Origin: a bacterium
GTDB taxonomy: Bacteria; SZUA-182; DTGQ01
Assembly (NCBI GenBank): GCA_040752695.1
Contig: JBFMGO010000056.1
Coordinates: 1 to 35,126, forward strand
Direction of reading: 5' to 3'
DNA: 35,126 nucleotides
How positions within the stretch are numbered: position 1 is the first letter of the stretch; the number at the start of each line of letters is the position of its first letter. The translations under genes were made by a program, and so were the position numbers. This document shows, in pieces, positions 19,370 to 28,683 of this stretch. A model generated the notes under the pieces. That model was not told the DNA's origin, did not search any database, and saw nothing but the letters and a program-made list of their open reading frames with translations.

Positions 19370-20899
19370 ATGCTTCATGAATCTCGGAAAATACTGTCTG
19401 GTTCTTTTTTACGGTCTTTTAACTTTTTTATGCAATTGGTAGTCTCTTTTTTTCTCATGCCTTTCATTGTTCATTCACTGGGGGATCGGCTCTATGGAGT
19501 ATGGAGTTTGATCAGTGTTTTTTTAGGATATTACGGTCTTATAGAATTTGGAATAGCTGCAGCTACTGAACGTTATTTATCCGCGGCTCTTGGTGCTCAG
19601 GACTATGAGGAATGTAACAGGGTTTTTAATTCAGCTTTACTCATCTTTATTGGTTTAGGGGGGTTCGCGTTTATGCTCAGTTGTATTTCAGCAGGCCTGG
19701 CGCCTCTGTTATTCAAGGAGTCGGAAGAAGCCTTTCTTTTTAGAAAGATTATTCTTATTCTGGGCATGAATACCCTGATCGACTTTCCCGGAAGGGCTCT
19801 TATTGGAGCAATAACTGCCCAGTTGCGTCACGATATTTTAGCGCTCGTAGAAATCGGGACGCTTGTTTTAAGAACAATTCTTATTGTCTGGGCGCTCAAT
19901 GCTGGCTATAAAATCCTTGGCCTGGCATGGATAACCTTTTTAGCTAACATACCCGAGAAGCTGCTGTTTATTTACTTTGCAAAAAAAAATCTCCCCTCGT
20001 TAAGGTTCGATGTTCAGTACTTTTTGGGAAAGACTACGAAAACCCTTTTCTCTTACAGTATATTTAAATTTATTTGCCAGATTGCAGAAATTTTAAAGTT
20101 TAAACTCGACGAGTTTGTGATTACCATCTCTATAGGGCTCACAGCGGTCACCCATTACCATATTGCCAGCCAGTTGTCTCTTTACTTTATTCAGTTGATA
20201 ACGTCCAGTATGGTGATGTTGAAGCCCATATTCAGTAAGTATGACGGAGCAAATGACAGGAAATCGATTCAAAAAACGTTTCTTTCCGGAACGAAACTAT
20301 CCGTTTACCTATCCAGTTTTATCAGTTTTTCCTTGATTACTCTGGGCAAGCCTTTTATCCATCGCTGGATGGGACAAGCATATCTTGATGCTTACCCTGC
20401 TTTGTTTTTGCTCTGTGTGGGCTGTACCTTTTCACTGTGGCAGATTCCGTCCGTTTTCCTTATGTATGGAATATCCAAACACCGATTCTATGCATTTTTA
20501 AGTTTAGCTGAAGGCGTATGTAATCTCTTGTTAAGTTTATTCTTTGTCAGGCATTTGGGAATTACCGGAGTTGCATTAGGTACTTTGATCCCCATGATAA
20601 TGGTAAAACTGGTTATACAGCCGATATACGTTTGCCGGATAATCTCTATCAAATACACCGATTATCTGCTTCTTATGGCCAAGTCGGTCATGATAGTGCT
20701 TCTCTCGTTAATTTTACCTTTCTTTATTTCCCTGCGGTATGCAATGCCGGACTACCTTTCTTTAAGTACTGCCGTAGTGACATCCGGTTTCTGTTATTGT
20801 TCATTCTTATGGCTTTGGGGATTAGAACCAAAAGAAAAAAACATTTTCCGTCAGGCGATTATTTCAAATTCATTGAGAAGAGAAAGCTGTATTACCTGA
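19370..20899 (+). CDS. wzx: Oligosaccharide flippase (Wzx/MOP family)
   Basis: About 12-14 TMs with P...HSLG...YG.W, EFGI..A..RY and LGITGVALGT motifs, inside an EPS cluster. Confidence 0.9.
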   Translation: MLHESRKILSGSFLRSFNFFMQLVVSFFLMPFIVHSLGDRLYGVWSLISVFLGYYGLIEFGIAAATERYLSAALGAQDYEECNRVFNSALLIFIGLGGFAFMLSCISAGLAPLLFKESEEAFLFRKIILILGMNTLIDFPGRALIGAITAQLRHDILALVEIGTLVLRTILIVWALNAGYKILGLAWITFLANIPEKLLFIYFAKKNLPSLRFDVQYFLGKTTKTLFSYSIFKFICQIAEILKFKLDEFVITISIGLTAVTHYHIASQLSLYFIQLITSSMVMLKPIFSKYDGANDRKSIQKTFLSGTKLSVYLSSFISFSLITLGKPFIHRWMGQAYLDAYPALFLLCVGCTFSLWQIPSVFLMYGISKHRFYAFLSLAEGVCNLLLSLFFVRHLGITGVALGTLIPMIMVKLVIQPIYVCRIISIKYTDYLLLMAKSVMIVLLSLILPFFISLRYAMPDYLSLSTAVVTSGFCYCSFLWLWGLEPKEKNIFRQAIISNSLRRESCIT

Positions 20900-20902
20900 A
20901 AA

Positions 20903-20959
20903 GTTGATGGGCTCTACAATGCGTGTTTCATACGCACGCTTGTAGTCCCGCCATACAAC
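20903..20959. repeat. Intergenic imperfect inverted repeat (long hairpin)
   Basis: Nested arms GTTG/CAAC, ATGG/CCAT, CTACAA/TTGTAG and GCGTG/CACGC around a short loop, with no U-tract. Confidence 0.6.
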
Positions 20960-21015
20960 ACCTTGAATAACGGGGGGCACGTTTAGACAACATTATAAAC
21001 CTTTGAGGTATTTCC

Positions 21016-22092
21016 ATGCAGGCTCTTCAGCAAGATGACAGCCAGTTCCTGGCCATTCTCAGGGCATTAGCGATATTTATGATTGTCTTTGGTCATTTAG
21101 GTGGGTTTTGGTTTTGGAGACCCTATTCAGAAGTGCTTAATGTTTTCGTACCAATTTTTTTCTTTATATCCGGGGCCGTTTCTTATTACTCATTTAAGAG
21201 AAGCGCCACTTCCTGGCAGTATATTAAGAAGAGAATAATCCAATTACTGGTTCCCTATTACGGCATATGCCTCTGTGCTCTTCTTGTCTTTATGATAACG
21301 CAAAGAACCTTCCCGGCACTCTCTGTCAGTAAACTGAGCGCCTGGCTTTTTATTATCCCTTATCATGCAATTATGCCGTTTCCATTGGGGCAGGTCTGGT
21401 TCCTGCATACCTTGTCCGTGATAACGATCATCTCGCCGCTTTACTTTTATGTATATGAACGAAAACCCCTTGCCTTGTACGCGCTTTTAGGTATCTCTCT
21501 TTGTATGGCCGGCATTCAGCTCAGGATTGATATAGCGCCCTTTTTTGTTGTGGGCGGCCACAATTTATTTAAGCCGCTCGTTCATATCCTGTTTTTCTGT
21601 CTTGGTTTCCTTGTCTTCGAGATTCCATCTTGGAGCAGACTTCGTGTTTCGTGGTCCATCATAAGCCTGTCGTTTATTCTGAGTATCTTTCTTTGGGCTG
21701 GTCTCAAACTCAATCCCGATTTTGCATTCCACACCTATTCCCCAACCCTGTACTATGTAGCCGGCAGTATATGCTCGATATGGATTTTCCTGCTTCTCCG
21801 GCGACCTCTTTTATTATTGTTTCGCAGTGTCCCTTTATTCTCCGTTATCGTAAAGTTTTTGTTTACTCACACCTTTGCAATCTATCTCATTCATTCTTTT
21901 TCTATTTACTTTGTAGAAGAAATATTTGGCTTAATACATCCTCAAAATCATTTAATTTTTTATGTCATAAGTAAAGTGACTCTGGTAATGCTTATCACTT
22001 TTGTTTTGGCTCCACCATTTACGCGGATCACTTCGTTGATCACGGGAACTTTCCTTGGAAAACGTCAATTGCACCGCCCAGTGACCGCATGA
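21016..22092 (+). CDS. Acyltransferase-3 (OafA-like) membrane O-acyltransferase
   Basis: LRALAIFMIVFGH, VPIFFFISG, KRIIQLLVPY, WFL and AIYLIH motifs; about 10 TMs. Confidence 0.9.
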   Translation: MQALQQDDSQFLAILRALAIFMIVFGHLGGFWFWRPYSEVLNVFVPIFFFISGAVSYYSFKRSATSWQYIKKRIIQLLVPYYGICLCALLVFMITQRTFPALSVSKLSAWLFIIPYHAIMPFPLGQVWFLHTLSVITIISPLYFYVYERKPLALYALLGISLCMAGIQLRIDIAPFFVVGGHNLFKPLVHILFFCLGFLVFEIPSWSRLRVSWSIISLSFILSIFLWAGLKLNPDFAFHTYSPTLYYVAGSICSIWIFLLLRRPLLLLFRSVPLFSVIVKFLFTHTFAIYLIHSFSIYFVEEIFGLIHPQNHLIFYVISKVTLVMLITFVLAPPFTRITSLITGTFLGKRQLHRPVTA

Positions 22093-22160
22093 TAAAATTT
22101 AGGTAATCTTCGAGGACTATAGATGAAGAGGTATTTTTACGCATTCTATGAGGGGTTTTT

Positions 22161-23072
22161 ATGGAAACGTTGTTACATCTGAAGGAATTTATCACAAGAC
22201 GCATTGTCTCTCTTCCCTTAACAAGTACCTTCTATTTGAAAAGGCGAGCTTATACATTCACTATGGATGAAAAAACTCTTCGAGGGAAGGTCCAACAAGT
22301 TGGACATCGCGTAGATGTAAACATAGCCAATAATCATCCGGTATCTCTGGCAACAATAAGGGAATTGGAGTTTCTTATCCATGAGATCCGGAAAAGAAAT
22401 ATAGCTCTCGATGAATCTCTTATCTGGGCATTGGGATTGTACACTATCGCCAAACATAAACTGCACAGACAATATATCCAGGGATTAAAAAAGGCCAGAC
22501 AGGAGGCTGAGTCCGTAATAGGTGAAAAAGAAGTAGTTGCCCTTTTCAAACAACGCCGCAGCATCAGGAAATGGACCCAGGAGCCTGTCGATGTTAAGCA
22601 TATTGAGGATATCATAGATGTTTCCAAATGGGCTCCCAGCTCCTGCAACCGGCAACTATGGAAAACGCTCCTTATTAACAGGCCAAAGGATAAAGAATTT
22701 CTGACACGCTACTTTAGCAATACCTTTTGGCTTTCCGCTCCACTTCTCATCGTTGTTCTCATGGATGCCGAAATCTATTGCAGCCACGAAAAACACTACG
22801 CTTACCTCGATGCAGGCGGATTTATCCAGAATTTATTACTTATGCTCGATCATCAAGGATACGGGGCCTGCTGGATCGGTTTTGCCCGATGGGATACTTT
22901 GGGCAATATCCATACCGAGCCCGCATTATGTGAGCGGTTTTATGAATACTTTCATCTTAAAAAAGGCTTGATTCCCGTGAGTATGATTGCCGTCGGCAGG
23001 CCTGACAGAAAACCCAAGTTACCACCACGCCAGGATATTTCAACGATAGTCATTAAGGATTTTATCGAATGA
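22161..23072 (+). CDS. Nitroreductase-family flavoprotein with an N-terminal extension of about 120 aa
   Basis: RRSIRKW, APSSCNRQ.W and DAGGFIQNLLL....GYGACW motifs. Confidence 0.88.
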   Translation: METLLHLKEFITRRIVSLPLTSTFYLKRRAYTFTMDEKTLRGKVQQVGHRVDVNIANNHPVSLATIRELEFLIHEIRKRNIALDESLIWALGLYTIAKHKLHRQYIQGLKKARQEAESVIGEKEVVALFKQRRSIRKWTQEPVDVKHIEDIIDVSKWAPSSCNRQLWKTLLINRPKDKEFLTRYFSNTFWLSAPLLIVVLMDAEIYCSHEKHYAYLDAGGFIQNLLLMLDHQGYGACWIGFARWDTLGNIHTEPALCERFYEYFHLKKGLIPVSMIAVGRPDRKPKLPPRQDISTIVIKDFIE

Positions 23073-24223
23073 AAAAAATCGGTTTACTTACCTATTTTTG
23101 GGATCATAACCCGGGGACTTTTCTCCAGGCTTATGCTACGCTTGAAGCCTTAAAAAAAAGATTTCCGAAAGACCATGTGGAACTTATTAACTACAAACTA
23201 AGAAAAGTCCCTTTTACAACGGCCTTGATGCATAGAAAACCTGCCGAGCTTATCGAGGACTTAAGAAGGCATTATAAATACAAGGATGCACAACGAAAGT
23301 ATTTACCTCTGGGCTCAAAAAGCCTGATTACCTGGGATTATCATGAAGCGTCACACTTTATCAAGAGCTTAAAATATGATCTTATCGTTGTCGGCAGCGA
23401 TACCCTTTTGGACTTTCGTCCGGACCATCTGAAAAGAGGTACCGCTCCTGTATATTGGCTGCACCCCGGGATCAATGCTAAAAAGATAATGTGCGGTTCT
23501 TCTGCCAAGGCATGGACGTATGAGGAATTGACGAAAGAGCAGCGAACTATTTTAAAAGGGTCCATAAAGGATTTCGACCTTTTGGGGGTGCGAGATGAAG
23601 CTACCTACAACCTGATGAAGGCATTGGGAGGAGATGATAGGTCAAGGCTCTATAAAATTCCCGATCCTACCTTCTCCTTTGAAATAGATTATTCATTTGC
23701 AGAATCTTTGGTTAAAAAGAGAAAGATAGACTTTTCCAAGCCATCTGTTATGCTGAGCCTGCCCGAATGGTATAAGCCTGTTCATGACCTGGCTTCCTAT
23801 TATAGATCCCGGGGCTTTCAAATCATAAAACTGGAATTTGCCCGATACCCGGACCTATGCTTGCATGGCATTTCTCCCTTCGAATGGGCAGGGGTGTACA
23901 GGTACTTTGACCTGGTCATTACGGACCGTTTTCATGGTACGGTATTCAGTTTAAAAAACGGTACTCCTGTGGTGTCGATTATCTGCCGGAAAGACCTGGT
24001 TACTTCGACGGGAAATTCCAAGTATTACAGCTTACTGGAGCCCTTTGGCCTTCACAGGACAAATATTGTCGATGGTATGAGTAACCTTCATCCGGATCAT
24101 ATCATCGAAGTCACAGAGAGAGTAAGGCAAAACTTCCCCAAAATTTTTGTACAACAAAAAGTCCAGGAGCTCAAAGGCGCTTATAATGCGTTTGTAGACC
24201 AAATACCCTCTATACTGGGGTAA
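23069..24223 (+). CDS. Polysaccharide pyruvyl transferase family protein
   Basis: KIGLLTY...N.G..LQAYA, VVGSD, GVRDE, PDPTF and TDRFHGTVFS motifs. ATGA overlap with the nitroreductase. Confidence 0.9.
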   Translation: MKKIGLLTYFWDHNPGTFLQAYATLEALKKRFPKDHVELINYKLRKVPFTTALMHRKPAELIEDLRRHYKYKDAQRKYLPLGSKSLITWDYHEASHFIKSLKYDLIVVGSDTLLDFRPDHLKRGTAPVYWLHPGINAKKIMCGSSAKAWTYEELTKEQRTILKGSIKDFDLLGVRDEATYNLMKALGGDDRSRLYKIPDPTFSFEIDYSFAESLVKKRKIDFSKPSVMLSLPEWYKPVHDLASYYRSRGFQIIKLEFARYPDLCLHGISPFEWAGVYRYFDLVITDRFHGTVFSLKNGTPVVSIICRKDLVTSTGNSKYYSLLEPFGLHRTNIVDGMSNLHPDHIIEVTERVRQNFPKIFVQQKVQELKGAYNAFVDQIPSILG

Positions 24224-24271
24224 GATCAAAAGGCAGGTTTTTGAATTTGTCACTTGTTTGAATTTATTACT

Positions 24272-26083
24272 TTACTGAATAAGGGGATGCGTTTTTTTCC
24301 GGTAGATAGTATAGCCGATCCTGGCTAAATACTTCGGCAGATTTCTAACGGGATTTCTATCTTCTTCCCTGATATCGTCATCCAGATCTTCCCACGAAAC
24401 AAGATAAGGAGTAATCTTCTTTTTAATGTCTTTTTCAGGACCAGGTTTCCAGCCGCTCCGGCGGCGTTCCTCCACCCAGCGCTCGTGTTCTTTCCTGGCG
24501 ATCGTTTCTATTTCCTCCTGGGTGAACTCGAACAGTTTTTCATCCCAGTCCGTCAGAGGAACAAGAGTGCAGCCCAATTCTCTCAGTTTTATCCCGATAT
24601 GATCTGCCTGCTGTCGATTCGATTCTTTCAAACTTTGTGGCAATTCCTCCCAGGCGACCATGGATGGATTGCTTTCTGGCGTCTGACCTTTTTTCCCCTG
24701 CCGTTCTTTGTAGTCCTCATGAATTGCCCGGGCAAGAATCTCATTGGTGCCAGAAAGAACCTGTTCAGGCTGACATGTCCGGTCCATCAGAGCGAAGGCA
24801 TGGAACATGGCCAAGCTCTCATCGACTTTTCTCCCGCCTCTGAGCAAGGTCGCAAGACCAGCATCACGGCCCATTCGGACCACAATCGGAACAGCATACT
24901 CTCTGGTGCGCCTGTGCAGCGCCAGAGCTGTGGAAAGGCCAAAAGAGTCATTGTCAAGACAGACAAAGATACTGGTGACAGTGCACGTGCCGTTCCTGTC
25001 AAAGAGAAAATCGGCTGCCTGAAAGGTGGAAGACTCTATTTCCATCTGTCGAGGCAGTAACTCACAGACCTTTGCCAACCGGGGATATCGCAGGAGTAAT
25101 AATTCTTTTTTCCTGACCGCTTCTTTGTCGATCAGGGTGATGTGAAGCTTTTCACCGGATTGATGAGGCATGTCTTTCCAGTTCCTGGCTGCGTTTATGA
25201 CCAGCCTTTCTCCCATCAGTCCTATGCCGACAATGAGAAGGCGGGGATTAAGAACGCGTTTTCCCCCGGCATCGGTGAAGGGAGAGTAATCCTCCAGCCA
25301 TGACCGGGCTCCGCTGTCAAAAATGTTGAAAAACTCCAACCTGCAATTATCCCTTCTTCCGGTTTCAAGTTCCTGCTCTTCGAGCAAATGGCAAAGATAT
25401 GGGTCAACGAGGTGAATAATACAGGTAAGAACATTTCCTCTGTGGTCTCTGACCAGTTCGCGGGCATGAACCGCAACATCCGCATTCACACCGTCGTCAC
25501 CACAGACAGAAATGAGATACTTCGCCTTATGGACGCGGGCCTTAAGGAGCATCTCCCGGTCCCGGGCATCTCCAGGCATCACAGATACTCCCTGATCCTT
25601 GCATTGATCGAGGAAAGTGTTTCCTTCATCCAGTTCGATCACTACCACCTGTTGATCGTGCTGACGGAACTTTTGACAAAGAAGCATACCCTTTTTTCCC
25701 AGTCCGCAAATTACGATGTGATCGGTAACACACTGTACATGAAGAAGGTTTATCTGCTCTCGAAAAATTGCCGTGAATGCTCTGACAGCCGCATATGCAG
25801 CTATCGCAGGGGAAAGAAACCGGGCCACCTCCAGTTCCCAGTTCATAGCCAGTGGTGGGGCTTTGGATACATCAAAACTCAGGGTAAACAGTTGCAGAAC
25901 GCAGTAAACGATATCCAGACGTGACCGAACTTCATAGCAGGCGCTAAAGTATTTACTGAGGCCGACAAACCCGATCCCCATGGCCACAATCGCAATTCCA
26001 CCGATAATGGGCCACTGGAAGTCCTGCCATACTTTGCGTATATGCTTTTTCCACGGATTCCTGCCCTTTAAATCAAACTTCAT
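24272..26083 (-). CDS. Channel-like membrane protein: 2 TM with pore-like segment, two RCK/TrkA-N domains and two RyR repeats
   Basis: TMs WPIIGGIAIVAMGIGFVGL and ARFLSPAIAAYAAVRAF; Rossmann motifs HIVICGLGKKG and LLIVGIGLMG. RyR repeats are LARAIHEDY...WEELPQSLKESNR and IARKEHERW...GWKPG...PYLVSWEDL. Confidence 0.85.
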   Translation of the reverse strand: MKFDLKGRNPWKKHIRKVWQDFQWPIIGGIAIVAMGIGFVGLSKYFSACYEVRSRLDIVYCVLQLFTLSFDVSKAPPLAMNWELEVARFLSPAIAAYAAVRAFTAIFREQINLLHVQCVTDHIVICGLGKKGMLLCQKFRQHDQQVVVIELDEGNTFLDQCKDQGVSVMPGDARDREMLLKARVHKAKYLISVCGDDGVNADVAVHARELVRDHRGNVLTCIIHLVDPYLCHLLEEQELETGRRDNCRLEFFNIFDSGARSWLEDYSPFTDAGGKRVLNPRLLIVGIGLMGERLVINAARNWKDMPHQSGEKLHITLIDKEAVRKKELLLLRYPRLAKVCELLPRQMEIESSTFQAADFLFDRNGTCTVTSIFVCLDNDSFGLSTALALHRRTREYAVPIVVRMGRDAGLATLLRGGRKVDESLAMFHAFALMDRTCQPEQVLSGTNEILARAIHEDYKERQGKKGQTPESNPSMVAWEELPQSLKESNRQQADHIGIKLRELGCTLVPLTDWDEKLFEFTQEEIETIARKEHERWVEERRRSGWKPGPEKDIKKKITPYLVSWEDLDDDIREEDRNPVRNLPKYLARIGYTIYRKKTHPLIQ

Positions 26084-28239
26084 CTCAATTCTGTCCTATC
26101 TATCTCTCTCCCCTGGCAAGTACCGGAAACCAGATTAAGAAATTTCTCATTGTCGACATGCAGATCGAGCTGATGGGATGCGGGGAGGCAGGAGCGTTCA
26201 AACATGAGCCTGCCAAAAAGAGAGCTCATGTCGATGATGCACTCCATGGAACGCGCTCCGTGCCTGTAGGAGTCTATCAGGAGAAAGGCTTGAAGAACTC
26301 CCTCATCGATATGGAGCACATTTCCCCTGTCAAAAAGCTGGCCTGCCTTTGTACTGAGCAGTGAACGCAGGAGTAATGCGCGCCTGATAATAAATCCTTC
26401 ATCCTGTTCTCCCTGCGGATTGGGGCCGAGAACATTCAGGAATCCGCGAAGACGGCTCAGGAAGTCTCTCCCCTTGGCTGCCGGATTCAATTGGGCCGTT
26501 TCCCTGAAACTCTCCATCGTCGAGTGAGTTCCACCGGCAAAGACAAATATGGCAGGTCCGAGTGGATGAGGGATGCCTCCATTGTGGAATTCACCATCCT
26601 GCATCGGAACGAGAAAATATCGCAGCCACCCCAATTCACTGCCCGAGAGTGGTGTATCGAATTCATCCCAGAAAACGAGCGGCAATTCATGCCGCAGTAC
26701 ACAATCCCGAACGCTCTGAAAGGCAAAAGGTAACTCCTGGTGAGATTCGAATTGCGAAAGATTGAATTCCAACGGAGTTAATCGGCCTGGCATGAGTCCT
26801 TTGGCGACTTGCTTGATGGCGAAAGATTTTCCAGAGCCTGGCGGTCCGAAAACCGCTATCGAAAGGGGCCGCAAAGGGCGGCTCTGGGCCACGTATTCGG
26901 TCATGATAGTGCACAGGCTGCGGATGTTCTCGATCTCGGTGCGATCAACGGAAGACCACTTTCCGATTCGCTCAAGCGGTATATCGCCAAGTGATTCCTC
27001 AGGACCGGCCCTCACGATATCTGCTGCCATCTTTTTCATGTCCAGATTTTGTCGAAGAGAGAGGATCGACCATTCCCTCTTCTTTAAATCCTGAAGTTTG
27101 ACAGAAGAAAAGGGTGTTTTCTCTGCCGTGAGAGCTTCGGTAACCGCTTTAACCGGGAACCGGAGGTCCACGAGCGTGTTTCCATCTCCCTGTGCATATC
27201 CTGCCAGGTGGATGGCCCGGGCAGCGTTGACGCCGCGCTTTAGTGCATCTTCCAAATCGGGCCTGCCTGAATTCTTCATGAATTGATGGACAAGAGCCGC
27301 AATAGAGCAGGATGCATAGCCGATGCAGGTGCCGGGATGGTCCCGCCTCCAGTTTTCCTCCTGAGCATACGGATCGAATATCAGGGTATTGCCCTTCTTA
27401 CGATCGATAATAACCGCACCGGTTGTACCCAGCAGCACGGCAACAGCCGATGGCTTTGACAGGTTCGGGTCATTGGTCACAGCCTGAATCACTTCACTCG
27501 AAATCTGCTCCCATGAAAGGGCATATCCGATATGCATACTGGCTCTTCTCAGGTCACTCACTGAGACTACTGCCACCAGCTTATCAGCAAAATGAGTTAT
27601 TACCTGCTCCCAGACAGGCCCCTTGGCAACAGGATGAGCAATCTTAATCACTACCCACTCTGTTTCCGCCGAAGGGCATTTTATACTTTCGGGCCATGTT
27701 TCCTGTTGATCCCGGATTCCCAGATTGGCATCATCCAGAACCACCCCCCATGCGTTTTTAGGAGATTCTGCGGATATGGGGTATGTCCTGGAGGCGGAAT
27801 CCGTGCCCCAGAACTCGGCAACTCTCCAAACCATCCCTTTGCCTTTTTCCCCCGTACTCCGAGGGTATGCCGACCAGATGGAATATGAGCGCGTATACTG
27901 ATTGTGAGCAGGGTTATTGAGAGCTTCAGGGGGGATAGTCGGACCGATAATCTCATACTCCGGCGGGCTATACCCGTACTTTGAAGAGCCATACTTGATG
28001 GAGCCATTCTCATAATCTGAAGGGCTGGGAGTGATTTCGCACAGGGCACCGAGCAATTCCGTTAACAGAGCAGCCCCTCCTGCCTGGCTGCACGCTCTGG
28101 TGGCGATATCGCTCCCCCAGATATATTGATAGGTGGTTAATTCACCCAGATGTGCACGAGCGCGGGCAATATTCCAATCTATGGTTACATCTCCGGCCAC
28201 GACAATGGTTTTGACATTCCGTTTCGACGCTTCAGGCAT
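26080..28239 (-). CDS. AAA+ P-loop ATPase with a degenerate PfkB/RfaE-like N-terminal domain
   Basis: Walker A GPPGSGKS, Walker B LVFWDEFD, DFLSRL and HGARSM; N-terminal IVVAGDVTIDW and AGGAALL. ATG 28239 follows GGAGGTGG. The stop overlaps the next gene's start (ATGA). Confidence 0.8.
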   Translation of the reverse strand: MPEASKRNVKTIVVAGDVTIDWNIARARAHLGELTTYQYIWGSDIATRACSQAGGAALLTELLGALCEITPSPSDYENGSIKYGSSKYGYSPPEYEIIGPTIPPEALNNPAHNQYTRSYSIWSAYPRSTGEKGKGMVWRVAEFWGTDSASRTYPISAESPKNAWGVVLDDANLGIRDQQETWPESIKCPSAETEWVVIKIAHPVAKGPVWEQVITHFADKLVAVVSVSDLRRASMHIGYALSWEQISSEVIQAVTNDPNLSKPSAVAVLLGTTGAVIIDRKKGNTLIFDPYAQEENWRRDHPGTCIGYASCSIAALVHQFMKNSGRPDLEDALKRGVNAARAIHLAGYAQGDGNTLVDLRFPVKAVTEALTAEKTPFSSVKLQDLKKREWSILSLRQNLDMKKMAADIVRAGPEESLGDIPLERIGKWSSVDRTEIENIRSLCTIMTEYVAQSRPLRPLSIAVFGPPGSGKSFAIKQVAKGLMPGRLTPLEFNLSQFESHQELPFAFQSVRDCVLRHELPLVFWDEFDTPLSGSELGWLRYFLVPMQDGEFHNGGIPHPLGPAIFVFAGGTHSTMESFRETAQLNPAAKGRDFLSRLRGFLNVLGPNPQGEQDEGFIIRRALLLRSLLSTKAGQLFDRGNVLHIDEGVLQAFLLIDSYRHGARSMECIIDMSSLFGRLMFERSCLPASHQLDLHVDNEKFLNLVSGTCQGREIDRTELR

Positions 28240-28254
28240 TACCACCTCCATTCC

Positions 28255-28683
28255 TTATTCCAGAGGAGGAGGGTTTTTTTGATCCATGTACCCCTGACTG
28301 ATTTCGATGATGTTGCCTTCGGGATCTGCGATCCAGACCGTGCGCCAGCCCGGAATAAAGCTGTCAAAATTCATCGGCCCCTGGGTAATTTCCGCCACGC
28401 CAGCCAATTCTTTCAATTTGGCATCGACATCATCTACCTGAAAGGCCAGATGACGCAATCCTGGATACAGCGGGCCATCCCCACCGGATTTCGGAGCGGG
28501 CAGTTCGTCCTTGGCTTTGAACAATTCAAGATATACATTGTCCGATTTGAGAAAGACGATTTGATCATCGCCAAGCGGAATCAGGCGGGCACGTTGAAAC
28601 CCGAAATATCTGGTATAAAATTTCTCGATGGCAACCGGATCATTACAATTCATCGCCACATGGGCAAATTTCAAAGAAGCCAT
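28255..28683 (-). CDS. VOC (glyoxalase/bleomycin-resistance/dioxygenase) family protein, 142 aa
   Basis: Metal-ligand motifs FAHVA, YLELF, LRHLAF.VDDVD and DPEGNIIEI. The start is ATG 28683 after AGGAGG, not 28914. Confidence 0.92.
   Translation of the reverse strand: MASLKFAHVAMNCNDPVAIEKFYTRYFGFQRARLIPLGDDQIVFLKSDNVYLELFKAKDELPAPKSGGDGPLYPGLRHLAFQVDDVDAKLKELAGVAEITQGPMNFDSFIPGWRTVWIADPEGNIIEISQGYMDQKNPPPLE

Noticed and set aside
20900..21015. Integron attC site
   Set aside because: The ends are not in the RYYYAAC...GTTRRRY arrangement, and there is no integrase or second copy.
24224..24271. Bidirectional terminator between the convergent operons
   Set aside because: No convincing GC-rich hairpin, only a duplicated TTTGAATTT.
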